The notes below the pieces were generated by a model. That model had not been told where the DNA came from. It saw only the letters and a list, made by a program, of their open reading frames with translations, and did not search any database. The position numbers and the translations under genes were made by a program. From Nymphaea colorata (Eukaryota): DNA of 64,000 nt. This document shows, piece by piece, positions 50,696 through 64,000 of this stretch (positions are counted from its first letter, which is position 1; each line of letters opens with the position of its first letter). Location of the stretch: positions 35,712,001 to 35,776,000 of the forward strand of contig NC_045138.2 of assembly GCF_008831285.2 (NCBI RefSeq). Reading direction: 5' to 3'.

Positions 50696-53600
50696 TCATA
50701 ATCCCGATAATTCACCTATTGAGAAATCATGGCTTGACTTTGGACTGTAGAGTATCTCACACGGCCTATCATTAAGGCTATCCTTTAATATTGTAATCTG
50801 GCCCTCCTTGAGTAATATTTCTTCATCAAGCGCTTCAATCTTTTTGCGCAAAGTATCCAACTCATAATTTTGTAACATATTCTTTTCACTGTATTCTTTC
50901 ACTTGTTCCCACATTAGATCTCTCTCTTTTGATACCTGACTCAGTATTCCCTTCAACGCTGCAAGCTCTTTCTGGCAATTTTGTGCTTCCATTTCAAGCT
51001 TGTTTACTGTTTCATTCTTTCTGCCAACCTGCCCATGATTTGTAGCTCAGAAATGAAATGAATGACATTTTTTTGGATGTAACATGAAGACATAATTTGA
51101 GAGAAAAAGGAGTAAAGACAATGGTCACAGAAAAGGATTATGAGACAGCAATTTTACACTTCATGTGATGCTAAAATGGTGACCCATTTCCCTTCTGCTA
51201 CTGAAAACAAATGAGCATCCATCCAAATAAATATGGATAAATTTAATGGTCAAGATGAAACATGTACCTCAAGTTCAAGGTCCTTTACTTTATGGGTTAG
51301 GCAGGACAAGGAATCCTGAGTTCTCTGAATCTCTGACTTCAGTATGTCATGAAGTCTCACTGATGAAGCAAGCTCTGTTTGAAGATGTTCTAACTCGACC
51401 TCCTTTGACCACAACTTTTCTCTCAGTACTCTGGCCACTAGAACTTCTGCTTCTAGCTCAAAGCAGGTATTCACCTAAATAACCAAGGAAAACAATATTA
51501 ACAAAGTTAAGGGGAAAAAGTAACTCCCATCAACTTAAAAGCCCTTATACATGGTTGATGAAAGCAAGAATGAGCAATTAAGCCCTTATACATAGTTGAC
51601 ACGGACATGGTTGGGATTCATATATGGATAGGCCCTAAATTCAGTAGCTTATATTCCATACAGTCCTGTAGAACCACACATCATTTACATGGATGTTGAC
51701 AACAGTCCACATGGTTTATGTAATAAAGGAAAGAAAAAAATAAGAAAAAGATGCTTAACATTTGGCCAAAATAACAAATCATGCTTTGAAAAATAACAAA
51801 AAGGCGCTCAACTTTTGAAATAAATTCTCAAATAGCAGCCTACTAAAAGAAAACGTTAATTTTTTATATTAAAATAATAAAAAATGCACCTCGTAAAACC
51901 ACTCTTCTTTGGTTGAAGAAAGATATTTTTGTTCACAAGAGGGTATTTTTGTCATTTTATGCCCAAAATTAATTTTTTCTTTTAATAGGCAGCTCTCTGA
52001 GAATTTCTCTCAAGAGTTGGACATCTATTTCTTAACTTTCAAAAGTTGGGCGATGATCCATTATTTGTCCAAAGGTTAAGCGCTTTTTTAAACTTTTTTT
52101 CTAAACCAAATTATGTCAATACATTTAAGTTGTTGAGCATGTTTACTTTGTTGCTATTATAATGCTGTGGTCCACAGAAGTTCCTTCATTTCAAGAGTTC
52201 TTATTATATGCACATCTGGTCACATCGGCGGATGGACTTTAGAGAAAGGACAGAAGTTATGAGCAGCACCAATTGATGTAGGCATGTCAAGCACATCCTC
52301 ATATGGCAAGGGAAATATACAGTGTTATTCATTATGCATACAGTGAAAAATAGGAAATAACATCTTAATGGTGCTTGCGTGATCTCATCATCAGAGATAG
52401 TTCTACTGAATATTTTCTATGTTCCATCCTTTTTTGCCATTTCCCTGTATGATATAACCTATGCTAATCATTACACATTTGAAAAAAGGATGCAACTACC
52501 AACTTCACACACATTGCTACTCAAAAAATTCAGTTAGCAAATGGACTAACAAAGCCAAAACAAACAAAAGAATTGAAAAAAGGAACTTCCGTTACCTGCA
52601 ACTTGTGCAGCTTGAGCCCTCGTTTGGGTTCATTTTCATCAACATTTGACAATTGACTTTGACAATCTCCAGTTACAAGGTTGAACCTCTCATGCAAAAA
52701 TCCAGATGTTATCTGCAGGCTCCTTTTGAAACTCTCGATTTCTTGCTTCAATCTCTGGAGTTTCAGGTCAATTTCAAGGAAAGAATAGCTTGCTAATTGA
52801 TGATTACCATCTCCTAAAGGTCTGTCTTGCTCGGAATATGAATCGTGTAGCTTTATTTTAATATAATCCAATAATTCATCACACATCGAACAGCTCTGAT
52901 CAAGTAGAAACAGCCCTTGGTCCTGCAAGCTCTCAGTCCGAGCATGAAGTTCTTGATCAAGCTTGACAGTTGCAGATCCACCACCATTTCCAGTAGTTTG
53001 TAATCTCTCCAGGAGGCCTATGTTCTCCTTTCTGAGCATCTCTATTTCAACTCTTGAGGAGTCCAACTCCTTCCTTAATGTTTGCTCTAGACCTGTCAGT
53101 CTCAGTTCTTCCATCTGTAATTTGCACGCATAGTCATCTTTATCAAATGCTGCCTTCCCAATCTCAATGTTCAAATTAAGCCTTAACCCATTTATTGTCT
53201 TCTCTTGGTCATTGCAAGTCTTTTGTAGTCTAACCACCACTCTCTGTAGGTCCTTACTCTCAATTTCCTTTTTGTTATAGTTTCTTCCAATCAAGTCTCT
53301 TTCAGCTTCTGTTTCTTTGCATTGTTCCTCCATCTCAATTAGGGATTGCCGAACAGTAGAAACTTCCAGCATTGATTCTTCCAATTTCTTCTTTAAATCA
53401 CCCAGCTGCAGCTCCTTATTTTCTAGCCTTGCATGGTTGTCTATTTCTTTGCTACTCAAGGAAACAACTTCTCTCTGAAGAGAGACATTTTGCTCTGCCA
53501 AATCCCTTACACGCTCTCGAAGTCTCTTCTCTTCTTGTTTAAATTTTTCATGCTTAGACGACCAGTCTCCTGATCTCCTGTCCAATTCCCTTTCCAAGCA

Positions 53601-55035
53601 TGATTGAATTTCATTTTTCTCCTTCTCAATCTTCCTCACCAGTGCTTCATGCTCTATTTTTGCCATTTCAATTGTATTCTTCATATATTCCCTCTCCATC
53701 ATCCGCCTCTGCATCTGCTCAACAACTTCAGCAGTCAATTTTCTTCTTTCACTGTTAAGGACCTTTACCATATGGATCAGTTCACCTGACCCCAGTTCTC
53801 TACTCTGAACATGTTGCTCAAATTCATCTGAGACATGCGCAAGCCTCTCCTCCGCTGCCTTACACTCTTCCAGCAACTGTTCATCTCTATCATGGAAATT
53901 CTCCAATTTTGTTGCTTCAGTTTCCTCCTCTTGTCCTTGGTACACGGGATATGTTTGTTTAGGGCCAACAAGATCATTGGAAGGATAGGACATATGCTCA
54001 GAACTGGAGTTGTTCATGTTTGTTCGTGAAATTTGAGAATGATCAAATGACTGCTCATGTCCAGGAACATAAGAGTAAGGTCCTACAAGAGGGTGCTTCT
54101 TTAGGCAATTATCACCATCTTCATCCAATGTAGAGGATGTTTCAGCATCAACTTCCTGTAGCTTCAGTCTAGATTTTCTAGGCAACACATTCCATAGCCT
54201 CCCATCAACATTCTGTACTAGGTCATGATTAGGGGAACTGCTGGGAAGACTTTCCACTCCGTCTCTGCTTGAAAACGGGAAACCAACATCCCTAAATTCC
54301 CGAAACGAATGAGACCTGGAAACCTTTTTGTTATTTCCTGATGAATCTAGGCCTGAAGAAACCTGGCATCTTGGTGGACGTCCCACATTCCTAAAAGGCC
54401 TATTCTCTACCAAGACACCATCTTCCCCAGCGCAAGATGTATACTCAAAAGAATCTTGTTTGGGCCTGATATCCCTGTCGTATTGCTCCCCATCGATGTA
54501 CAGGTCTAGAGTTCCAGTTGACGCATGTGTAAAGCGTGCAGATCTACATCTTACAGGCATAGGAGATGAATAAGGCGAGCTTCCAGCAGATCCAGAATAA
54601 CTTCTTGATGATGGGTGTCCAGAATCCCTTGCTTCTTGTCCCTGAGAATTTTGTTTCAATTTACTGGATGTCTTGATTTTCAATTGCCTCTCAGGGGTGA
54701 CTTCGCTGCAAAATGAACAAGGAATGAGTACAACATCACAAACTACACTACCACATGAGAATAGAGAGCACTTGCCAGTTGGATCGATCATCATGGTGGT
54801 TTCTGCCAGCAGGAGACTTGATAGTATCTCTGGACCAATTGGACTCGCCTGAATCAAAGCTGTTAAAGTATTGTTTCTCTTGCCTAGGTGCATTGTCTTT
54901 CATGAACTGTGACCCTTTGACCTCGCTTATGTCATCGATAACTCCACCAACATGCTTGAGAGGCTCCTTATGCACCTTCCCATTTGTGGCTGTTGAAGAA
55001 TCTTGTGAAGACCGAAAGAAGAACAACTTCCTCAT
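50696..55035 (-). CDS. Plant long coiled-coil protein of unknown function, ~969 aa
   Basis: Exons 55035-54776, 54705-52596, 51474-51268, 51028-50696 (2910 nt, phase-consistent). Motifs typical of a conserved plant family: MRKLFFFRSS, LDLYIDGEQ, LERELDRRSGDW, EEKRLRERVRDLAEQNVSLQREV, LDEEILLKEGQITILKD. Probable 5'-UTR intron 57039-55041. Confidence 0.9.
51733..52101. mobile_element. Mutator-like (MULE) MITE in intron 2 of the coiled-coil gene
   Basis: ~130-140-bp imperfect terminal inverted repeats with G...C ends. Degenerate 9-bp TSD taaaggaaa / taaaccaaa. Confidence 0.7.
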
Positions 55036-58000
55036 CTATGCTGCACAAACCAAAAGGAACAAACCATCAGCAACTTCACTATAGAGGACTAATTTGATGA
55101 ACCTAATTTATTTTTTTGGACTTAGAATTCCAAAACAACAGTTCTGGAATAGGGTGGAAGCAGAAAATCTTTTCTCCTTCCAATACCAAGATGTGTTTGA
55201 TATTCTGCATTAATTATTCCAGAACATCCCTGGTGTTTGATGGGCCAGCATAAGAATGCTGGAAAAGGAATGTTACAGTTGATACCAAGCAGTAACAACC
55301 TTTAGAAATTAGTACATAACAAGAACACGACCAATGCAGGATTATGAAGCATGAACATTAAGTTTAACTGAACGTCGCAGCGTTGTTATATTAAAGCAGT
55401 GATTGCTTTCAATCTGAAGCAGCAAAGCAAGAAGGTGTCTCAAAACTTTCTGACCAGCTAGTGCGGAAAGTTGGCTAATTTGAAAGTTTAAACTTTCAAC
55501 CAACCAGGCTTACTGCTAAGGACCACTTACTCCTTGCTCAATTTGCAAAGATTACACTTACAACTCTACAATGTTCTTTTGGTATAGATAAAATCATAAA
55601 ATGGAAAAGTTCAAAATACGTGGCCGAGTTAAGACGCCATACCAACAGCAGTTTTAAAATCAAACAAACCATGCAAGACCTTTGATGGTGGAACCAAAGC
55701 CTCAAGCAACTCCACGAGCATTAACCCTCCTCTTTACCACAGCTGCTCAATACCAGCACAAAACAGCTGGAGGTGATACAGCTTGATATTGGGTCCATGT
55801 AGAAGTGAAGGATTTGATCTCAGTGCAGAAAGAACATGGAATGAGAAGTGAAGTGGGAAGTAGGGGTGGCACAAGATGGAAGGGTTGCATGAGCATTCAA
55901 GTCGCATAAATGCACTTCTGGGAGCTTCTCATCACGAGGTCCAAAAAAAGCTTAGAAGGCCAATCAGTAAGTCTGCAATATATATTGCCTATCAGTAGTT
56001 CAATCGAAAAAGAAATACCCAGCAGACGATGTAATGATCAATTGGCATAGCAGACATTAACAGGAGTCTCTGTCCCACACCAAGATATGGTGTTAAGTTT
56101 GCAATGAAAATGGCTGATTTTAGAAGGATGAACCCTGGAACATCATTTTACTTGTGCATTGACCATAAATCTGTTAGGTAGCAAAAAGAATAAAAAAACT
56201 GTTCAATGTCCAAACCAAGCTTATCCATGTCCAAAAGTCCGCAGTACCAGCGTGGCCACTAGATTTCTTTAGTAACTACAAAATTATATGGATAGCATAA
56301 TAGGAAATCAGTACATATTAAGTCTTAAAACAAGTTGGCTTTTTGAAACTGAAAGGCCAATATGCCTATTAAGATATTTTAAAGAGTTCAAGTATAATTG
56401 TAAGCATATATCTCTTGCATCTGCTCCAAGGATAAATCTTTTTTTCTCATGCGGTTTCCCACTTAGGTTAATCTGCCCGCGCCCAGTCTTTCCGGTCGAA
56501 TATGTTATGTTTCTAGAAGATTGTTCACGTGGTGGTTTTTACTTAAAACTGCTTTTCAAGCACCATCACATCAAAGATTATGAAAAGATTAATACTTTAT
56601 AAGCATTACAGATGGAAAAAAAAATCCTTTCTGTTATTTAAATAACGTACTTTTGAGAGCACCTATTTCATCCAATCTTTAGAAGTTCAATAGGTTCGCC
56701 AAATTCTACGATTTATCCAACACTTACGAAGTTCCACAATCTCATCCAAGATCCAACATTCGCTGAATCCAAAATTTATCCATTTCATCCAACATCCGCT
56801 AAATTATAGCATGCTGCAGCCATGAGAAAAATAGCAAGCAAAACAAAAAAATATGCCAACCAAAAATATAACTATATGAAAAGAAAAAATAGAAAAAGAT
56901 AGACACGTTAATCAGAAAAGGGAGAGAGAGAGACAAGGGCGGCCGGCCGGCGGCCGTAGTTTGCAGCAGAGATAGATAGATAGATAGATAGATAGAGAGG
57001 GGAGTGGGGGAAGAGAGAGAGAGAGAGAGAGAGACTGACCTGAGCAACGGCGCACCGGGAGATTCAACGGGATTTGCAGGCAGAATCAGCCAATTTCAAC
57101 AATGTGAAGCAGAACACTCAAATGGAGTCCAAAACTCCCAAAACAGAAGTTAAGAAGCGACGAACCAGGAAAGAATCCACGGGAAAAGGGAAAGGCGAGA
57201 TTAACGGGGTTGCAGGAAATGTATGCAGATGAACGTGAAAAGGGTTGAGCGATGGCTCGTGAGACTGGAGGTTCCAACGCCGGTGAACAGGGGTCGCGGC
57301 CGTTGATACGACGGAGTCGCCCGATCAGACAACAGAGGAGAAGGCCGCTGTACTAGAGTTCAGAGTCAGGCTGCACGGGAGAGTCAGGCTGCAAGGGAGC
57401 GTAGGATCATCCTGATGCCAAACCCTGGATTTCCGTGCGTTTTTTCTGCGGGTGCCATCGTCTCTAAGGAAGCAACGGATGCATGACGCCAGGCTAGCAC
57501 CTTTTCAAATAATGTGGTGCGCCAAACTAGGAATGTGAATTCAAAAGTCGGTCCCAGCCAAAAGCAACGGAGCCCACACTCCTGAAAATGAATTATGAAA
57601 CGCATAACCTAATAATAGGCTTCAAGTTATTTGTCCCCGTCCGACACAAAAGAGGATTACAAAAAACTGTAAATAGTTACTATTTTAAACCATTTATAAG
57701 TTTTCCCAGAGCACAAGAATAAGAAGGAAAGAAAGCTCCATCTTACATGATGATTAAATTAATATAGCACTTTTTGTGAACTAAAGAAACTTAACAAAAC
57801 AAAGTCGCTAATGGACCATTTCAATTCCCAAGAAACCTTGATAATTAGAAGTTTAGATGTTAGAATCGCTTGGATTGGCGATTAATCGAACCGTAATTAT
57901 TATCAAGAAAACGAACAGCAGAAAGGAGGGCAAAAGCATGTTATCGTAAAATTAACTTGAATCGAACTGCGTCATAGTAATCAGATGACGGCCGGGTCCA

Positions 58001-58556
58001 AGAACTGAATAGCGGCAAAAAAAAAAAGAAGAAGAAGAAATTCAAGAAATATCAAAGTAACACGATTTTTATATCTTGCCTTCAGATCGGCGGTGCGAAC
58101 GGCGAAGGTTTTCTTCAGTCTTCATCAACGTCTTTCCCAAGTGGAGAAGGGGAAGAATGAGAGAAGATGACGGCGAATATTTAGGGCTAATCCTCCCTCA
58201 GCCGACGATTTGTTTCAGTAAGTAAGCGATTGATTCCCTTCTAGTTTTGGCGGGCCGCGGGTTTTAGTGAAACGTACAATTTAGTTATGGACGGAGAGGA
58301 GAGGAGAGGACCCGAATGGAACTCGTAAGTATCAAGACACTTCAATCAAATCGGATCAATGCGAATGGACCTCTTCCGATTGATCCGTTCCTCGATCTGA
58401 AATGTATGTATCTTAATCTCTTTCGAAAAGTATTAGAAAAAGGAATTGCGGCGCAAATTTGAATTTTCAGGTGCAACATCTTATCAAATCTGGTAGAAAG
58501 AAAAAGTCTAAAATGCATAGTTTTGAATGATTGAATCATATCTAATTTTTCGTGGG

Positions 58557-58588
<32 letters not shown>

Positions 58589-61500
58589 GCTGCTGTTGGC
58601 TAACTTGCAATAGAAACAAAGAGACAGAAGAAATATTAACAAAGGAAAAGGCAGAACAGAGGCGCTTCTGCTTGAACCAGAGTGCTTTTATTTATTTATT
58701 TATTTTTTTTGAAGAACCAACCAAACCGGAGGCACCCCATCTTTGAGATGGACGGTCACATTTCTTCCTCTTAGGTATACTGCATATATATAATTTTTAA
58801 AAGGTTTTATTTATATGTTGGCTTCTGTTAATATTTTGAATTTATAGTTCAGTTCTTCTAATAATAAAAAATTTTATAGCTCCTGTTGTTTTCTTAATTT
58901 GAAAAGGAAACAAGATAGAAGAAAAAAAAAAAAAGATAATCGATATTGGACAAGCGTCTACGTTGCGGATAACCATGGCTTTTTGTAGATCAACAGCAAC
59001 AGAAAGAAAACTCTCGAGTCCACTGTTTTGTTAGCGATTACAGTGGGTGCTCCTCAAGCTTTTTGCTTTGCGTTTGTTTCAAGGATTCTTGTCCGTCTCG
59101 GTTTTTACCAACAATCGCGTATCAGTTTATAAGTATCGGCTTTGTATGGAGCTATTTTTTCCCTAGTTTTCTTATTAAAAATAATTTAATAGAAATAGTT
59201 AATGAATAGCAGCCAGAACCATTTCGGTTTGTGATCGATACGGTGCGTATCGTTTTGGTGGAACGGTTTCAGCTGATGAACGAACATGGTTGAGCACGTT
59301 AGGCAAGAGTAGGCCTACCAAGTGATACTTTTCCACAATTTCTATTTGATTAAAGAAAAAATAAATACCTAACTCAATATTTGGCAATAAATAAGGAGGC
59401 ACCTGATTTTCCAAGATACCTTTATAAATGCACCTAATGTTTTTGAATTATTAATAAAAAAGTAATCTTGGTGCCTAAACTTAATTTATCCCCAGCTTTA
59501 AGTTAGTTAATGGTAGAAAATCATTAAAGTCTCTCCAAATAAACAAAGTTTACATTTATTTAATAGCAATTTGCCCTTTTTTCCTGTGTCCGATAATATT
59601 AATAGATGTTTAATTTTATGCGAGACAATTTTTCATTAATATCTAAACTATTTTGTATTAATCTTAGGTAGTTATCATGTTAATTTAGATGGTAAATGTA
59701 ACTTTTTTTCAAAAAAAAAAAGAATAATTGATTGGCAGTCATATATTTAATAATTTATAAAATCTTGTCAGCCAAGCGTCAGGAAACTTTGGTGTATTTT
59801 TTTTTTTCAGAAATTTTCAAGCACGCAATTTGGTAGTTTTGAATCTTTTCACTGTCTTGGTTGATTAATAAGTTGTATTCTTAAATCTTGAGACGGAAGA
59901 GTCAGCCCTTTTCGGTAGTACACGAAAGTTGATCCCCACATGAATTAAACCGTTGATTGTTTTTGAAACAATTGTATTTTGTGCCTTGACTTAGTCTTTT
60001 TGTCCCCGAATTTAGGCAGAAATTATTTTATATCAAATCTATTTTACGAGTCACTAAGATGATAAAGATCTTATAGTGCCTTGTATTGCGAAACAAGATA
60101 AATAGAATGATCTTGGAAGAGATGTGTACATTATACAATCAAACATCTGTATGTGTATCTAATTGGGTCCGCGTTTGGTGAGATCACAAGAGTCGAATGC
60201 TTTCGAATGCCCGGCGGCGGCTCGGCCCGACCCCCAGGCCTACTTTCGATCGATTAGTAAGTGGATGGGTCCATGCACCGCTGCAGCTTGGAGATGGTTG
60301 TGTCTGACTTAGGCTATAAGAGGTTGGTTGGCGTTAGGACCTTTTAACGCAAGACTGCCCATGGTTATTGAATTAGCTCGTTCAAAGATACGTGTGGGAT
60401 TATTGTCGTGAACTTCTTCTATAATTTCTTACTTGAATATTACTGAAATGGCAGGAAGACGAAAATGAAGATGGTGGGTCCGTAGTATAAAAAATATTAT
60501 TCTCTGAATCAAAAAAATAATAATTATGACCTTAAGTCCATGAATTTCCGTGGATCTCAAACCCAACTCCTGAAAAAAACGAGGAATTCGAGAGCTAATT
60601 TAAAATCATCATATGATATTATCGTTAATCCAACAGAAGCGGTGCAAGCCTGAGTTGGATTTCTATTTTTCAGACCAACCCGAAACCAAAAGCAGTGCCC
60701 ATAGTTTCCCCAGAAAAAGCACAGACAGACAGACACGGGGAAAAAAAAATGGGATAACTACTAACCGTTCCATGTTCAATCAGAATGAGCAACATCGCAC
60801 CGTTTCAAACAAATTCTGTGGGTATGGTATATTATATATCTACGGGGACCCAATGCCTATCAGTTTTGCCGACTCTCGGGGCAGATATAGTAGTACCAGA
60901 GACCCCCCAAAAGTCGGGCCGAGACGGTTTGTCGCATCTAAGATGTCAACGGATGGAAATTCAAATCATATCTTATTTATTTATGGGCTATTCACATAGT
61001 TAAATTCAAATTTGAACTTTAATTTGGGTTTTGGAAAAGTTTATACCATATATCAGAAACTAACCTTCTTCTTCACATACCAATATGAATCCAACTTTTA
61101 AATACGCAAGTACATTATGATCATTTAAGAACCAAATTTCAAAGTATATAGATAATTAAATATAAGATATTTATTTGAGTTCCTATCTGACCGCAATTTA
61201 ATTGAGATGCGGTAGAACACGACTAAATAATCAAAAAAACATGTCCAACCCATTTGCAACCCGGAGAAGTGAATCTTGGGAGGAGTCACCCACTCACATC
61301 AATGGAAACTTAACATCGTTTTTGCGACACAGGAATCCCCGTCTCCCTCAAGGTTTATCCAGAGGTTAGATCAAAAACAGAACCCATCTAATATTGGGCC
61401 AAATTTTGGATCGCCAGTGCTTTCTTATTAAAACAAAACTATCCCAACACGTTAAAAAAGTTGCAAACTAAAAACTGACACTCGTAAGAAAAATAACAAG

Positions 61501-62387
61501 TTTTAGAAACTTCCCCTCATAAATAATGTGGCATTGCATCTCCCAAGTACTTATAATGCAACGCTATCTAGGATAACGTCGCAGCAAGATCCTTGGAACT
61601 CATTCATTCTGCCGATAAGAAATAGGGAACCGTAACTTTTAGATTTGCCTGGTTAGAGCGGAACATCGGGTAGAAATTCATGATTCTCTGTAAGAGCAAT
61701 TTGTTAAAGTAACTCGCGCCCTTTTCCGCCTTTCACCATTTAACCAGACCACAAGAGGTGGAAGAGATGCGTGGGGTTCAACATCTCACGGGTTAACTTG
61801 AAGGAGATGTGAGTTCAGCAGCTCAAATATGATAATACGAATCGAAAAAAACGCGATAGCTTCTCCCCATCTCCAAATCGAAGGCAAAACAAAAGCAAAC
61901 ATTCCCTTCCCGCTCTCCATGCTTCCCCTAATTCTATATTATTGATGTAATATTTTGCCTGCGCTTCCAACTTCAGGTATCCCACATTCATTTTACAGAG
62001 AGCCATGGTGTATTGCAACCAAACCACCACCCGCCAACAGAAGAAGAAGAATTTCCCGCATAAAAGAGGTAGGTTTAACCAGCATTATCTTGGACAAAAG
62101 TGCGCAGATCGAAGAATCGGAGGAGATGAGCATAGAGCAAGTAGTTTCGATCTTCGATTTCAGGAACCAGTTTTTGCCAAAACCATTGGAAAAATGCGAC
62201 TCGGATCCAATCGACGTACTAACTAACTGTTGCATTAACCGGTGAATAACCATATTTACAATGACGAATTTGAAGCTAAACCCAAATCTAAAGAGGCAGC
62301 AGAAAGGGGGAAATCTCAAAATTTTTTACAGACAGACAACAAAAATTTATAGACTTTCCGGAAAAATGTTTCTCCGTTTATTTTCCT

Positions 62388-62642
62388 TCAAGACCAGACC
62401 ATGTCGACCGCGATCTTCAACTCCGAGGGATCTTCCACGGCGTCGTCTTCGTCGGCAGCGCGAACAACCTGCGGCGACATCGTCACCGGCTTCCGGACGG
62501 CGATCGACGAGAAGGCGGTAATCTGCTTCCCCTTAAGCGAGGAGGCGGAGAGGGAGGAAGCCGGGAAAGAGCCGCCGGCGAGGAGGAGATCGGGCGTCTC
62601 GCGCTTGAATATCTCGGACAGCAGAAGGACCAAGGATGCCAT
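62388..62642 (-). CDS. Uncharacterised small protein, 84 aa (MASLVLLLSE...KIAVDMVWS)
   Basis: GC-rich single-exon ORF with a good start context (ACAATGGC) and a TATA-like tract ~80-90 nt upstream (62721-62734). The ends resemble a small plant protein family recalled from memory. Confidence 0.7.
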   Translation of the reverse strand: MASLVLLLSEIFKRETPDLLLAGGSFPASSLSASSLKGKQITAFSSIAVRKPVTMSPQVVRAADEDDAVEDPSELKIAVDMVWS

Positions 62643-64000
62643 TGTATGCGCAGAAACCTGGTTTTTCAAAGGTGGGAGGTTTTGGGGAGCTAGGATGATT
62701 GCTGTTAATCGATCGGCAGAATATATATATAAAAGGAGAAGGAAGGAACTTGCAGACGGCGGAGCCCACAGTATTAATTCCGCTTCTTCCTCGGTTCTGG
62801 AAAGGGGTTTTGGTTTTGGCAGGGGCTCCAACGGGTTTCTGCGGAAACCATGGGTGGTGGTCTGGTAGTGGTAGACCACGAGCTCCAAGTTCCAACCGCT
62901 TTGCTTGGTTCTTCCCCCTTTCCTTGACCCGATCGGATCTCTGAGTCGTCTGACCCGATCTGGATACGCTGACGTCCTCCCTTGACGTCTAGCGTTCGGA
63001 CTCAAGTCCGATCCATTTACCGTTCACTATAAGCTAAAGATCTTCTTCGTGATAAAAGAAGCCGTATTTTTAACACGAGCTTCAGAAATCGATCATACGT
63101 TCCTTCCTCCTAAAAAATTCAGGTACGAATAGATCTGGATTTGGACCCGCAAGCAGAAGACTGCAAGTCGATCGCTCACCTGTATCTGAGCTGAGCTGGA
63201 TCATTGTGGTCCCGGGAACGAAGATCCAACTGGTATCCATTAAATTGGGTCACCTGGTGGCAGTCGGAAATTGAAGGCTCACCTGTGCTATCGGTGCATA
63301 AATGGCAGGCACCTCTCGGTATCACCATCAATTTCATTTTCCTGCAACCCATTCGGTACATCTGATCTGATCTGGGTTACGCTCACATTTGTTAATCCAG
63401 AAAGTTGAGAAGGAAAAGTTATGGCCCGGTGTTTTTGACCAATGCAAACATAGAAGCAAGATCTCAGAGAAGAGGGTTAGCACTGCACCAAACCATGGAC
63501 AAACTACGCTGAATATATAAGTTTTATCCTTTTCAGCTCATTCAAACACGCTTCCAAGGAGAGCTTTTAAAAGGATAATCCGACGAGGAGGATCGCTAAC
63601 TTTTCTTAATTTATCGGAAGCATATAAATTTTCCTTATTTTTCAGAAAAAAAAAATGATGATGATTATCATAGCGTGAAATGGCTGATTCCCGCTACATA
63701 TAAGAGATTTTGAATCAGACCAAAATTTCTAGCTTCACCACCGTGCCCAAATGAAATTAGGAAAAAAAAAAATTGGAAACTAAAAGCAAGGAATTGAAAT
63801 TTTTGTCTGAAAAAGAACTGGCCAAATTTTTGTCTCATGGCAGTGAATGGGTGAGAAGCATCAATCTGCCTTTTGTAAAGTTACAGACAGATGAGATGAA
63901 TGATACCGCAGCGACGTCTCAGTCTATTTTTTTTTTCATTGAATTTTACTGATTCCTTGTTCCCTTCAGATCTTTATAATTAAAAGAAGGGCGGGGAGAT

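Noticed and set aside
54706..54893. N-terminus of the 787-aa ORF (MHLGKRNN...)
   Set aside because: It reads through an intron in another frame; the family-typical start is MRKLFFFRSS at 55035.
61955..62319. Overlapping 96-108-aa ORFs on both strands
   Set aside because: Likely the 3' UTR/flank of the 84-aa gene; no motifs or coding bias seen.
62643..63005. N-terminal extension of the 205-aa ORF and the antisense 155-aa ORF (62401-62868)
   Set aside because: The extension has a non-ATG start and runs through the TATA tract and repeat-like sequence; the antisense ORF is a shadow of the GC-rich CDS.
62925..63380. gacccgatc/ggatc-rich MITE-like tract (similar tracts at 58310-58530 and 44600-44830)
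   Set aside because: Probably transposon-derived, but no TIR or TSD pair could be defined.

Overview
Plant (angiosperm) nuclear DNA: AT-rich, with intron-containing genes and one 100-N gap (720-819). Six apparently intact protein-coding genes were reconstructed by hand: UTP23 (+, 5 coding exons), a peroxisomal enoyl-CoA delta-isomerase (-, intronless, PTS1 AKL), an RPRD1/CID-domain gene (+, 7 exons, with a probable U12-type first coding intron), an atypical CLE-like secreted peptide precursor (-), a ~969-aa coiled-coil protein (-, probable GC-AG intron) and an 84-aa small protein (-). The first ~8.6 kb is a decayed triplicated segment carrying TIC110-like pseudo-exons. The RPRD1 introns hold several transposons: a 600-bp solo LTR, hAT-type MITEs, and a three-LTR tandem TRIM whose third LTR is interrupted by a full-length degenerate Ty1/Copia element (both target-site duplications intact). 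No rRNA, tRNA or CRISPR was seen. Family assignments rest on motif recognition from memory, not database searches. No clearly new biological system was found; the most open questions are the atypical CLE-like peptide, the tandem TRIM, the UTP23 3' structure and the small ORF.
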